From Candidatus Obscuribacterales bacterium (GTDB taxonomy: Bacteria; Cyanobacteriota; Vampirovibrionia; Obscuribacterales; Obscuribacteraceae), in NCBI GenBank assembly GCA_965228855.1, contig CBDDIJ010000003.1, positions 2,688,001 through 2,752,000 on the forward strand: a stretch of 64,000 bases of DNA. Reading direction: 5' to 3'. Made by a program: the position numbers and the translations under genes. The notes below the pieces were generated by a model. It saw nothing but the letters and a program-made list of their open reading frames with translations, did no database searches and was not told where the DNA came from. This document shows, one piece after another, positions 11,384 through 21,223 of the stretch. Numbering within the stretch: position 1 is the first letter of the stretch; each line of letters starts with the position of its first letter.

Positions 11384-13006
11384 ATGTCCCAAAATTGGCT
11401 GGATCTGATAGGTGACATAAATAAGGACAGGGGAACCTCGCCCCTGTATTCCGTAATTTACGAACGCGTAAAGCAAGCCATCGACGCCGGCAAACTGCAG
11501 GTCAACTCGAAACTTCCCACCAATCGCGAATTGGCCCTGCTTTTAAACATAGATCGCTCAACCGCCTCCCGAGCATATTCCGAATTAGCGGCAAACGGCT
11601 ACATCGAGAGTTTCGTAGGGCGCGGCACCTTCGTCAAAGCCGGCAGTCGCAACGGTTTAAAAAATGGAACGAGCAGCAACCAAGCCACTCTAGAGCCGGT
11701 AGTTGAAACCGTAGATCCGGTAGTTTGGGCAGAGAGATTTTCAAAGGCAAGCCAAACGGCGCACGACATGCTGCGTTTGGAGTATGCCAATTATGGCAGA
11801 CAATCGGAAGTTATCTCGTTCGCAGGCGGTATTCCAACCGATGAGTCCTATCCACACAAGGATTTCGAGAGCATCTTGCAAAAGATGATCGCCGATGGTC
11901 GGTCGCACGAATTGTTTCAATACAGCCCGGGCGAAGGAATGCCTTTGTTGCGTCAGGAAGTTTTAAAACATCTTCGCTCGCAAGACATTGATGCTAATGA
12001 TGAGAAACTGCTGATCCTATGCGGTTCTCAGCAAGGACTGGATGTGGTGAGCAGCGTACTTCTAGATCCGGGAGACCTGGTCGTCGTGGAAGATCCTACG
12101 TATCTTTGGGCTACCTGCAATTTTAGAAGCAGACAAGCGCGCTGCCTGCCTGTTCCACTCGACGATGAGGGAATTCGGCTCGACATGCTCGAATCGGTAC
12201 TCACTCGACACCGACCGAAATTTATTTACGTGATACCGAACTTCCAAAATCCGACCGGTATCACAATGTCGCTCCGACGCAGGCAGCAACTTCTGCAACT
12301 GGCGATCGAATATCAAATTCCGATCGTTGAAGATAATTTCGTTGGCGACCTCCGTTATGAGGGAGCACCACTTCCCTCACTCAGAGCGCTTCCCGGCGCG
12401 GAAAACATTGTCATTCACCTGGGCACCTTTTCAAAAGCACTCTGCCCAGCGCTTAGACTTGGCTGGCTGGTTGCGCCACCAGAGACGATGTCACGTCTGG
12501 TCATCGCCAAACGCGCATCGAACCTTTCCACCAATTCAATCTCGCAACTGATTCTCGCCGAATTTCTCAAAGAAGGGCTCTACGAGCAGCATCTCGTGAC
12601 AGTCAGAAATTTGTATCGCAATCGACGCGATGCGATGCTAAAAACTTTGCAGAAAGAGCTGGGATTTATCACGGATAAAAACGGCAGACGCGCTGAGATT
12701 TCCTGGTCAAAACCGGAAGGTGGAATGTTTATCTGGTTGAAGCTGCCAGACGGCTTGTCCAGTCGCGAGATGCTCAGTTACGCCCAGCAGGAAGGCGTTG
12801 TCTACGCGCCAGGCGATCTCTGTTTTCTTTCTGCTGAACACACAGAATATATGCGACTCTGCTTCATTCAACTTGACGAGGCAACCATTATTAAAGGAGT
12901 TCGACAACTCGCTAAAGCTGTTAAAACCTACATCGATGATGTGTCGACCACTTCGGCAAACGACCGTTCGCACTTAATGGGGACAGGTGCGCACGCGTTT
13001 ATATAA
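11384..13006 (+). CDS. pdxR: MocR/GabR-family regulator (GntR HTH + PLP aminotransferase-like domain), probable PdxR
   Basis: HTH 'KLPTNRELALLLNIDRSTASRAYSELAANGYIESFVGRGTFV'; 'PNFQNPTG', 'GTFSK'. Directly upstream of pdxST; symbol assigned from context. Confidence 0.8.
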   Translation: MSQNWLDLIGDINKDRGTSPLYSVIYERVKQAIDAGKLQVNSKLPTNRELALLLNIDRSTASRAYSELAANGYIESFVGRGTFVKAGSRNGLKNGTSSNQATLEPVVETVDPVVWAERFSKASQTAHDMLRLEYANYGRQSEVISFAGGIPTDESYPHKDFESILQKMIADGRSHELFQYSPGEGMPLLRQEVLKHLRSQDIDANDEKLLILCGSQQGLDVVSSVLLDPGDLVVVEDPTYLWATCNFRSRQARCLPVPLDDEGIRLDMLESVLTRHRPKFIYVIPNFQNPTGITMSLRRRQQLLQLAIEYQIPIVEDNFVGDLRYEGAPLPSLRALPGAENIVIHLGTFSKALCPALRLGWLVAPPETMSRLVIAKRASNLSTNSISQLILAEFLKEGLYEQHLVTVRNLYRNRRDAMLKTLQKELGFITDKNGRRAEISWSKPEGGMFIWLKLPDGLSSREMLSYAQQEGVVYAPGDLCFLSAEHTEYMRLCFIQLDEATIIKGVRQLAKAVKTYIDDVSTTSANDRSHLMGTGAHAFI

Positions 13007-13081
13007 CAGTCTCTCACTCGAAATTTTTTCATCGCAAAACCAAAACACTACACTATTAAAATAGAAACACTGGAGGTTACA

Positions 13082-13999
13082 ATGGCAACTAAGCAAGCAG
13101 AGAAGAAGCAAGACGGCGCCCAAGTCGGCACAGAGCGCGTCAAGAAGGCTCTTCCGCAAATGTTGAAAGGCGGCGTCATCATGGACGTCGTCAACGCTGA
13201 GCAAGCCAAAATTGCTGAAGAATCCGGCGCTTGCGCAGTGATGGCTTTGGAACGCGTCCCAGCCGATATCCGCGCTGACGGCGGCGTCGCGAGAATGAGC
13301 GACCCGGAATTGGTTTCAAAAATTATCGAATCTGTTTCTATTCCCGTCATGGCAAAAGCGAGAATCGGTCACTTCGTAGAAGCGCAAATTCTCGAATCGC
13401 TCGGCGTAGACTGTATTGACGAAAGTGAAGTTTTGACACCTGCGGACGAAGAATTTCACATCGACAAACACAAATTCACCATTCCGTTTGTATGCGGCGC
13501 TCGCAACCTCGGCGAAGCACTGCGGCGCATCGGCGAAGGCGCAGCGATGATGCGCACCAAGGGCGAAGCCGGCACCGGCGACGTAGTAGAAGCGGTTCGT
13601 CATGCTCGCGCAATCCTGGGCGCAATCAAAAAACTTCAAGTCATGCCGGATGAGGAGCTGATGACTTACGCACGTGACCTAGGAGCGCCGTACGAACTCG
13701 TGAAGAAAGTCAAAGAAGACGGCAAACTTCCCGTCGTAAACTTCGCGGCAGGCGGAATCGCGACACCCGCTGACGCAGCGCTTCTCATGCAGCTTGGCGT
13801 AGATGGCGTCTTCGTCGGTTCCGGTATCTTCAAGTCCGGCAACCCATTGAAACGCGCACAGGCAATCGTCAAAGCAACAACCTACTTCAACGATCCTGAA
13901 GTCCTTGCAGACGTGAGCAGAAACCTCGGCGAACCGATGGTTGGCCGCACCGCTCAGTCGCTCTCACCTGAGGAAACCCTTGCAGTCAGAGGCTGGTAA
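13082..13999 (+). CDS. pdxS: Pyridoxal 5'-phosphate synthase lyase subunit
   Basis: '[11 protein letters not shown]', '[11 protein letters not shown]', '[13 protein letters not shown]', '[16 protein letters not shown]'. Confidence 0.98.
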   Translation: MATKQAEKKQDGAQVGTERVKKALPQMLKGGVIMDVVNAEQAKIAEESGACAVMALERVPADIRADGGVARMSDPELVSKIIESVSIPVMAKARIGHFVEAQILESLGVDCIDESEVLTPADEEFHIDKHKFTIPFVCGARNLGEALRRIGEGAAMMRTKGEAGTGDVVEAVRHARAILGAIKKLQVMPDEELMTYARDLGAPYELVKKVKEDGKLPVVNFAAGGIATPADAALLMQLGVDGVFVGSGIFKSGNPLKRAQAIVKATTYFNDPEVLADVSRNLGEPMVGRTAQSLSPEETLAVRGW

Positions 14000-14001
14000 C
14001 A

Positions 14002-14631
14002 ATGTCTAATCCACTCGTTGGCGTATTAGCTATTCAGGGTGATTTCGCCGAACACCGGCATGCCATTGAGCAAGCCGGTGCGCGGTCGGCGGAGATTCGC
14101 CATCTGCGCGACCTTGAAAAGATCGATGCCTTGATCATTCCGGGCGGAGAGTCGACAACAATCAACAAGTTCGACGACAACTTCGGCGGGCAAGTCTTTG
14201 CTACGTTGAACGATTGCGCAAAGACCGGCATGCCCATTTACGGAACGTGCATGGGCTCGATTGTTCTCGCCACTCATATCGAGGGGCGCGAACAACGTTC
14301 GACCGGGCTCATGGATATCACGGTCCGAAGAAACGCATACGGACCGCAGAAGAAAAGTTTCGAGACTTACCTTGACATCAAGGAGCTCGGTGCCGAGCCA
14401 TTCCTCGCAATCTTTATCAGAGCACCTCAGATTGTTAGCGTCGGCAGCGGTGTCACGGTAATGGCCACCGTCAACGATACCATCGCAATGGCGAGACAGA
14501 ACAACATACTCGTCACGACCTTCCACCCTGAAATTACTTCGGACATGAGAGTACATGAGTACTTTCTGTCTATGATAAAAAAGCCTGAAACCCCGGCTGT
14601 CGCAACACCGGCTCTGGCATTATCGAAGTAA
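14002..14631 (+). CDS. pdxT: Pyridoxal 5'-phosphate synthase glutaminase subunit
   Basis: 'GVLAIQGDFAEH', 'PGGESTT', 'GTCMG', 'FIRAP', 'FHPE'. Confidence 0.97.
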   Translation: MSNPLVGVLAIQGDFAEHRHAIEQAGARSAEIRHLRDLEKIDALIIPGGESTTINKFDDNFGGQVFATLNDCAKTGMPIYGTCMGSIVLATHIEGREQRSTGLMDITVRRNAYGPQKKSFETYLDIKELGAEPFLAIFIRAPQIVSVGSGVTVMATVNDTIAMARQNNILVTTFHPEITSDMRVHEYFLSMIKKPETPAVATPALALSK

Positions 14632-14659
14632 ACTGTTGCGTCAATCACGCTAAAGTTCG

Positions 14660-14690
14660 AGCCAGGCATCATATGTGGTGCCTGGCTTTT
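14660..14690 (+). terminator. Rho-independent terminator after pdxT
   Basis: AGCCAGGCATC-loop-GGTGCCTGGCT hairpin followed by a short T run, between convergent genes. Confidence 0.7.
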
Positions 14691-14734
14691 ACTCTCGATA
14701 CCTTACGCCTTCAGCTTCATTCACAGTCGAGAAA

Positions 14735-15583
14735 CTACTGCCTGTGGTGCTTCTTCCAATTCTTCAATTTCTCCAGATACGGGACAATTGACTCATCGTA
14801 GTACTTTCCCCAGTAATCATACGGATAGTAATCTTCATCCGTGTATTGTGAGATCCATTCCTCGTAGGTCTCTTTTTCACCATTTTTCCAATACGAGGAG
14901 TCAGACTCGATACCGCGTATCTTCATTGCAGGCAGCCAGATTCCACGATAGAACACAATCATTTTTTGCATCGCCAAAAATTCGAGTTTAGTATTCTCCG
15001 TCAACCATTCTTCTTTGGAAACGGTACCTGTGAGCGATTTATCGTATATTGCGTTAAAGCCGTTGTGGTTGGCCAGATTGAACAGTTCAAAAAACAGGCA
15101 CGACCATAAGTACTCACCGTCGTAAGGTCCATCCGGTCCGGCAGCGCGTATTCGAATGAAGGCTTTGTAGTCGGGCGGATGCGGAAACGCGTGATCGCTG
15201 GCATAGATTAGCGGCTTGTCGAGGTCGTGTGTATTCCAGCTGACGCGGTAGCCGCAAGTTTCACCAGCCAGTCCGCGAACGGCCTTGGTCCAAACAGGAT
15301 CGCCCGGAAAAGCATAACCTTTCATAGCCGGACGATCGCTGAGTAACCTTCTGAGCTGAGCCTCTCCGAAAGCAAGATCCGCCTCAGTAGGTTCCTGGTT
15401 GCGAACAGGTAACGGGGTGATCGCCGAATTCCGAGTGACCGGAGGCACTGTTCCAGGCGCATGCGACGGACGACCGCGAATGACGGTTTGCGCAGCATTC
15501 GATGATGACGTCACTGTCAAAAGTAACATCATACAAACAGTTACTAGTACTCGGTTTCCCGATTCGACAAATCGCGATTTCAT
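14735..15583 (-). CDS. Hypothetical secreted protein
   Basis: Signal-peptide-like N-terminus; aromatic-rich C-terminal domain containing 'FFELFN'. Confidence 0.65.
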   Translation of the reverse strand: MKSRFVESGNRVLVTVCMMLLLTVTSSSNAAQTVIRGRPSHAPGTVPPVTRNSAITPLPVRNQEPTEADLAFGEAQLRRLLSDRPAMKGYAFPGDPVWTKAVRGLAGETCGYRVSWNTHDLDKPLIYASDHAFPHPPDYKAFIRIRAAGPDGPYDGEYLWSCLFFELFNLANHNGFNAIYDKSLTGTVSKEEWLTENTKLEFLAMQKMIVFYRGIWLPAMKIRGIESDSSYWKNGEKETYEEWISQYTDEDYYPYDYWGKYYDESIVPYLEKLKNWKKHHRQ

Positions 15584-15591
15584 CTATTGTG

Positions 15592-16512
15592 CTACCAGCG
15601 CCCAGCAGCACTCGCTGCACTCTGCGCACTGCTCTGCGCTTGATTGGCGACGTTTCGAATTTGACTTACCAATCCACTTAATTCAGGCATGCCTCCTGCC
15701 CGCGACGCCGCACGGCCGGCAGCAGCCATGGCAGACGCGGCATGCGATCTCGCCTCACTAGCAGCCGACTCTCTTTCGGAATCGTCGCCGGCGTTGCGTG
15801 CTCGTTGCATACATGAAGCCGCCTGGGACGCCTGAGAACGGGCGTAGCTGAGTTCGTAATTAACCGCATCCCGAGCAGACGAGACCGCACTAGAATCCTG
15901 ATTGGAATTCATTTGACTCATCATCTCTGAGAGCTTATTGCTGGTTGCCGGACCGGGTTGTTGAAATCCTTGCTGCATCTGCTGCGGAAACCCCTGGCCA
16001 AAACCGCGAGGTTGAAACCCTTGCTGCGAAAATCCTCTTTGACCAAATCCGTGAGAGGCGAAACCACGCTGGCCGCCGGCTGGGAAGCGGCGCTGCTGCG
16101 GTGGCGCTTGCATGCGCTGCATCGTATTCGATTGCGAATTCGCCTGGGGAGTTTTCCAGGCCGAGTCAAGATATGCCTCCGCGCTAGAAAGACTAGAACC
16201 GCCACCTGAAGACGACTGCGCACCGGATCCGCTCGGCAACATAGGCATGTTTACGCGCATCGGCATGGGATTACCGTCTAGACGCCCCTCCGGCGCCAGC
16301 GTCTGCATTGAATCAGTCGGCATTGCCGGTGTCGATGACATAGGCGGTGCGCTCGGCGCAGGAGGTTTCGCAAGATCAGCAGCTGACTGCTGAACCTGCT
16401 GCATAATCTTTCCGCCCTGACTGGGATCGGACATGATCAATACAAAAGACCCAGCTAGAGCGGCGAAGCCTAGCAGGATAGAGATGGCGGTGCTTTTGTC
16501 TTTGGACTTCAT
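15592..16512 (-). CDS. Membrane-anchored low-complexity (Q/S/G/P-rich) protein
   Basis: N-terminal TM, GFxQ repeats, Ala-rich helical C-terminus; 8 bp from the downstream gene. Confidence 0.65.
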   Translation of the reverse strand: MKSKDKSTAISILLGFAALAGSFVLIMSDPSQGGKIMQQVQQSAADLAKPPAPSAPPMSSTPAMPTDSMQTLAPEGRLDGNPMPMRVNMPMLPSGSGAQSSSGGGSSLSSAEAYLDSAWKTPQANSQSNTMQRMQAPPQQRRFPAGGQRGFASHGFGQRGFSQQGFQPRGFGQGFPQQMQQGFQQPGPATSNKLSEMMSQMNSNQDSSAVSSARDAVNYELSYARSQASQAASCMQRARNAGDDSERESAASEARSHAASAMAAAGRAASRAGGMPELSGLVSQIRNVANQAQSSAQSAASAAGRW

Positions 16513-16737
16513 CCAGTTGCGGCAAACAGAAGTAATAAATAGAGCTTACTACGAGTCCTTAATTCTCGCAGGTCAAAATAGCGTGTCAAGCAGAATTCCG
16601 CTGACTTTTCTCGTTCTAGAACGGCAATTTATTTCGCTTTGTTTCCCTTCTAACATTTTTCGAAACAAAACGCATGCGCATCAAGCGCGATTTCAAAACA
16701 CGCGCTAACAATGGAATAACTTCGGGAGCGAGTTGCG

Positions 16738-17829
16738 ATGGCAGAAAGGGACGTCCTCTATCTCCTGGCTATGTCAGCCTACTGTGTAGCCGCCTACTTC
16801 TTTGTAAAAACATTTGCGCACCATATATGGAGCTACTTCCTCGCAGGTGTTTTGTTCATTCCATATTTTCTTTACGTCGGCCTGGAGATGTGCTACGGAC
16901 CGTTTTTAGACTTTTTGTGCCTGATTGCGTACGCCATATTCGTAGGCGGCGTCGCACTTTTGCTCATCTGCGCAAAAGTATCATGGAACCACTTCAAAGT
17001 CTTGAGAGCGTTTTTCCTGCTATTTGCGCTGACACTAACCGCGGTGTCAGTTGACGCCTTTTTGATAGAACCTCACTGGCTATCCGTTCGGCGAGAACAA
17101 ATGGCCACCACAAAGTTGTCGGAACCACTGAAAATCGCAGTAGTCGCGGACATTCAGACCGACAAGATAACAAATTATGAGCGCGATGTGTTCAAACGCA
17201 TCAAAGAATACGAACCTGATCTGCTGCTATTCGCCGGCGACTACATTCAAATTTATAATGAGAAACGCGACGAGCAGCTGGCAGCCTTTAACACCCTGCT
17301 AAAGGAGTCCGGAGTCAAACCTAGAATCGGAACCTTCGTCGCTCGCGGCGATGCCGATGCTCCTGACGATTGGGCGAAGTGGTCGGAGGGTCTGCCGTTC
17401 ATAGTTCGCGACAAAACTACAACGTTCAATGCGACGAAGGATATTACAGTTTCAATCCTGAGCTTGTTCGATTCTCGCTTTCCGCCGTACGTTCCTCCCA
17501 GAAAGGAAAATTTCCACATTGTCCTCGGACACGCGCCGGACTTCGCATTGAGAAACCCCTCTGCAGACCTGCTTATCGCAGGTCATACTCACGGTGGACA
17601 AGTAAAACTTCCATTTTTCGGAGCTTTGTATACTCTCAGCCGCGTGCCTCGTGACTGGGGAGGCGGGTGCTGGGCAAACATCGGAAGCGGCGCCATGCTT
17701 TGTGTCTCACGTGGTGTGGGGATGGAACGAGAATGCGCTCCAAGGCTGCGTTTTCTTTGCCGACCGGAAATTGTTTTTATCGACGTGACACCGGTGGAGA
17801 AGAGGCAACTTACCTCGTTCACAAAATAA
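16738..17829 (+). CDS. Membrane-bound metallophosphoesterase (YkuE/YaeI-like)
   Basis: Four N-terminal TMs; 'ADIQ', 'FAGDY', 'LGHAPD', 'AGHTHGGQV', 'VSRGVG'. The usual DxH and GNHD motifs read DIQ and GDAD. Confidence 0.85.
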   Translation: MAERDVLYLLAMSAYCVAAYFFVKTFAHHIWSYFLAGVLFIPYFLYVGLEMCYGPFLDFLCLIAYAIFVGGVALLLICAKVSWNHFKVLRAFFLLFALTLTAVSVDAFLIEPHWLSVRREQMATTKLSEPLKIAVVADIQTDKITNYERDVFKRIKEYEPDLLLFAGDYIQIYNEKRDEQLAAFNTLLKESGVKPRIGTFVARGDADAPDDWAKWSEGLPFIVRDKTTTFNATKDITVSILSLFDSRFPPYVPPRKENFHIVLGHAPDFALRNPSADLLIAGHTHGGQVKLPFFGALYTLSRVPRDWGGGCWANIGSGAMLCVSRGVGMERECAPRLRFLCRPEIVFIDVTPVEKRQLTSFTK

Positions 17830-17843
17830 GTAGAGCAACTACC

Positions 17844-18860
17844 TCACTCCGAATCACCAAATCCGATTTTATCCACAAAAGCATTCAAAGCCTTTGTCGC
17901 TTTCGCGTTCTTGACGCCGACGTATCTGTCCTTGCGCCGCTGAAATGGAATCAAAAAACGTCGCTTTTCAGTCGAGATAATCTTGTCAGACAACTCGGGA
18001 TCAAATCGTTCGCAAGTTATATCGACGGCAAACGATAGTGGCAAAAGCGCTGATTTATCTGGCTTCCCCGTGACAAATTTTCCCATCTGAGACATTTGCG
18101 CCGTGCCGTTTCTAACACCATAAAGAAGAGGAACATCTTTGCAGAGTTCGGTCAGCTTGTTATCTATTAAAGCTACCGGACTGAGAATGCAGAAGTTCTC
18201 GCCGGAGTTAAAATGTGTATTCGCGATCACGATGGCATCAGTTCCAGCCTTATAACGCAACAATGGATTCGTTGCGATACTGCAGAATCGGTCCTGACTC
18301 ACGTCTACCGCATCAATCAAAACAGGCTTACCAGCCCTGATTTGAAAGTACGCGAGAACATTTACTTCGTTTCCAATCGCTGAGCTTTCCTCAAGAGTTC
18401 GATATGTTCCGAGAAACGCTATAACCGGTTTTCCGTCCACTAGAATTTGCTTCACGCTGGTCATGGACAGTTCGACCTTGCCTGTGTAGCCAGTCCCCGG
18501 AGCATCTTCCGGAAAGAAAAGTTGGCGAAACGGCTCGTTCAAATTACCGAGCTTGTCATCACCAATATCGGGAGTGACGCATTTAACCAGCTCAGAAGTA
18601 GGTATCTCACCACGGCCTTTCACCCTTCCGGATCTGGCGAAAACCTTCCCTGATTTAGCCGAATCCGGTCGCAATTTGACAGACTGAACATGAGGCTTGA
18701 CCGACGCTACGCGTGGGCTGACAGACACAGCCTGTGCCTTAGAAGACAAAACCTCCGGCTTAGCAGACACCGCCTGTGGTGCGCTAGTAAACAGCACAGC
18801 AAATGGGATCAGCAAAAACGAAAATCCGGACCCTTTTCTTTGTCGCACTTTCAAAGTCAC
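17844..18860 (-). CDS. Hypothetical secreted protein
   Basis: Signal-like N-terminus followed by ~7-aa 'SxKPxVx' repeats and a beta-rich domain. Confidence 0.65.
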   Translation of the reverse strand: MTLKVRQRKGSGFSFLLIPFAVLFTSAPQAVSAKPEVLSSKAQAVSVSPRVASVKPHVQSVKLRPDSAKSGKVFARSGRVKGRGEIPTSELVKCVTPDIGDDKLGNLNEPFRQLFFPEDAPGTGYTGKVELSMTSVKQILVDGKPVIAFLGTYRTLEESSAIGNEVNVLAYFQIRAGKPVLIDAVDVSQDRFCSIATNPLLRYKAGTDAIVIANTHFNSGENFCILSPVALIDNKLTELCKDVPLLYGVRNGTAQMSQMGKFVTGKPDKSALLPLSFAVDITCERFDPELSDKIISTEKRRFLIPFQRRKDRYVGVKNAKATKALNAFVDKIGFGDSE

Positions 18861-18937
18861 CGAGAACCAGTACAGCGAGTTATTCTAGCGGATCAGAGAA
18901 GTTTGCGTGTGAGAAGGGATAGTGCGACAATTGGAAT

Positions 18938-20113
18938 ATGAAAAGCGTACTGATATCGGGAGCGGGAATCGCCGGGCCGACCCTCGCATACTGGCTTCTG
19001 CAGCATGGCTTCCAGCCAACGATCGTTGAACAAGCCCCATCACTGAGAACAGGCGGTTACGTCATTGACTTCTGGGGAGTAGGGTATGACGTGGCCGAAA
19101 AAATGAACGTGCTCGCAGACTTAAACAAGAAAGGCTATCATGCCAAAGAGGTGCTTCTGGTTGACAAGCATGGTCGGCGCGCGGGCGGTTTTTCAACGGA
19201 TATATTTAGCTCGAATTTGGATGGCAGATTTGTCAGCCTGCTCCGCGGAGATTTAGCAGAGACGCTTTACAGAAGTATAGAAGGAAAAGTCGAGGTAATC
19301 TTTGGCGACAGTATCAAATCTCTTCGAATGACGGAAGAAGCCGCAGAAGTTGAATTCTACGGCGGAGCGAAACGTGACTTTGATCTGGTGGCCGGAGCGG
19401 ACGGATTGCACTCGGTGGTACGTAGTATCGCATTCGGTGCGGAAGGGCAGTTTGAAAAGAAACTTGGCTATTCGGTAGCCGCATTCAGTGTGGAAGGATA
19501 TGAACCGCGAGACGAGGGAGTATATGTATGTTACTCATCGCCTGGGAAACAGATAGCTCGATTCGCGTTGCGAGACAACATCACGGTATTCTTCCTGATT
19601 TTCCGGGACTCTAACCCTGAGTCGCATGGACGCGACCAGGCAACCAGCAAAGTTGAAACGATATTGAACGACGATAACTGGGAATGCAAAAAAATCTTGC
19701 GAGCTTTGCACAATGCAAACGATCTCTATTTCGATTCGGTAAGTCAGATCATAATGCCGAGTTGGTCGAGGGAGCGAGCGGTTCTCATTGGCGATGCAGC
19801 CTTCTGTCCTTCACTTTTAGCAGGACAAGGTTCGGCTCTTGCGATGGCAGGCAGCTACGTACTTGCCGGTGAGCTAAAGCGTGCGTCGGGCGATCATAGA
19901 ATTGCCTTTACCGCTTACGAAAGGCGCCTCAGAGCTTTCATCGAGAAGAAGCAAAAAGGTGCCGAGAATTTTGGCAAATGGTTTGCACCTGATACCCAAT
20001 TCGCAGTATTTCTCCGGAATCAAATCACGAAGCTTTTCGCTATTCCGCTTTTCGCGGACAAATTTGTGACTGAAACCATCGCAGACGAACTCAGGTTGCC
20101 TGACTACTCTTGA
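18938..20113 (+). CDS. FAD-dependent monooxygenase/oxidoreductase (UbiH-like fold)
   Basis: 'ISGAGIAG' Rossmann motif, 'GADGLHSVVR', 'LIGDAAFCPSLLAGQGS'. Confidence 0.9.
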   Translation: MKSVLISGAGIAGPTLAYWLLQHGFQPTIVEQAPSLRTGGYVIDFWGVGYDVAEKMNVLADLNKKGYHAKEVLLVDKHGRRAGGFSTDIFSSNLDGRFVSLLRGDLAETLYRSIEGKVEVIFGDSIKSLRMTEEAAEVEFYGGAKRDFDLVAGADGLHSVVRSIAFGAEGQFEKKLGYSVAAFSVEGYEPRDEGVYVCYSSPGKQIARFALRDNITVFFLIFRDSNPESHGRDQATSKVETILNDDNWECKKILRALHNANDLYFDSVSQIIMPSWSRERAVLIGDAAFCPSLLAGQGSALAMAGSYVLAGELKRASGDHRIAFTAYERRLRAFIEKKQKGAENFGKWFAPDTQFAVFLRNQITKLFAIPLFADKFVTETIADELRLPDYS

Positions 20114-20184
20114 GCGATCTATGTTAACCGGTTCGCGACGCAATTCTAGAAATCGCCAACAGCTCGCAAGATCCTGGGGTCCGA

Positions 20185-21045
20185 CTAGCCGCGGTATTGA
20201 AGGGCAAATTCGCGCGGCGTCATGCCCTTTAGTCTCTTAAATTCTTTGTTGAACTGCGCGAGGCTGGCATAGCCAACAGTCGATGCGATAGCGTTGATGC
20301 GGAGTTCACCCTCGATAAGCAGCGCGCTCGCTCTACCGAGTTTCAAGCGAGACACGTAACCAAACGGAGTCGTTTTTGTGTGGCGGCGAAAGTTGCGGTG
20401 GAAAGCAGCCGGACTCATAAATGCCATCTCCGCGAGTTCTTCAATTGAAATCGGCTCAGTATAAAACTTATGCAGATAGTCGAAAACAGCTGCAAGTCGT
20501 GGCTCCGGCTCAATATCCTGTTTGCGATCCGACACAATTAAAGTACGGTAGTTGGTATCCAAACTCAAACACCGCAGTATGGTCAAAAGCGAGATGAGCC
20601 TCTCATCCTCACGCTGTGATTTCAGCTTCTCCATGAGCGGTCGAACGGTGGTCGCAGTTTTTGCACTGAATACGATACCGCTGCGGGCTTTCTTCATGAG
20701 TGGTTTTAACCTGCGCAATTCTGGGAAAAGGCGCAGAAGGTCACCGATCCAAGTTTCACTAAACCAGCAAACTCGAACCATGAATGGCAGCTCAGGATCG
20801 ATTTTCTCATTCGAGCACCATGTATGGGGAACGTTGGCACCAAGCAGAACCAGGTCACCGTCTTCATAACGTTCGATGCTATCACCAACATATCGGTGCC
20901 CGCGGCTATTAATAGTAAGAGTAAGTTCGAGTTCCGGATGGTGATGCCACTCGAAGGGCAGGTTATCGACTCGATCTTCGAGATGCAGCGCCCATGAGTT
21001 ATTTGCGTCGATGACGATCTTTTCGAGATAGGGCTTCATAACCAT
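20185..21045 (-). CDS. AraC-family transcriptional regulator (cupin + HTH)
   Basis: 'WHHHPELEL' cupin; 'IASTVGYASLAQFNKEFKRLKGMTPREF'. Divergent from the MFS gene. Confidence 0.92.
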   Translation of the reverse strand: MVMKPYLEKIVIDANNSWALHLEDRVDNLPFEWHHHPELELTLTINSRGHRYVGDSIERYEDGDLVLLGANVPHTWCSNEKIDPELPFMVRVCWFSETWIGDLLRLFPELRRLKPLMKKARSGIVFSAKTATTVRPLMEKLKSQREDERLISLLTILRCLSLDTNYRTLIVSDRKQDIEPEPRLAAVFDYLHKFYTEPISIEELAEMAFMSPAAFHRNFRRHTKTTPFGYVSRLKLGRASALLIEGELRINAIASTVGYASLAQFNKEFKRLKGMTPREFALQYRG

Positions 21046-21223
21046 TTGACCGGGCGTTTACGTCCAATGAGAGGATAACATCAGAATTGGATTTTTTTCG
21101 ATTACTTCGTAAGCGTTGTAAATGCTAAATTTCGCATTGTTGGAGCCCTCAGAGCCTTTCGGCTTGTTCGATGAGGATTGTGGGCACCCGAAGGTGTTTT
21201 CTTAACTTTAGAACTGGAATCCC

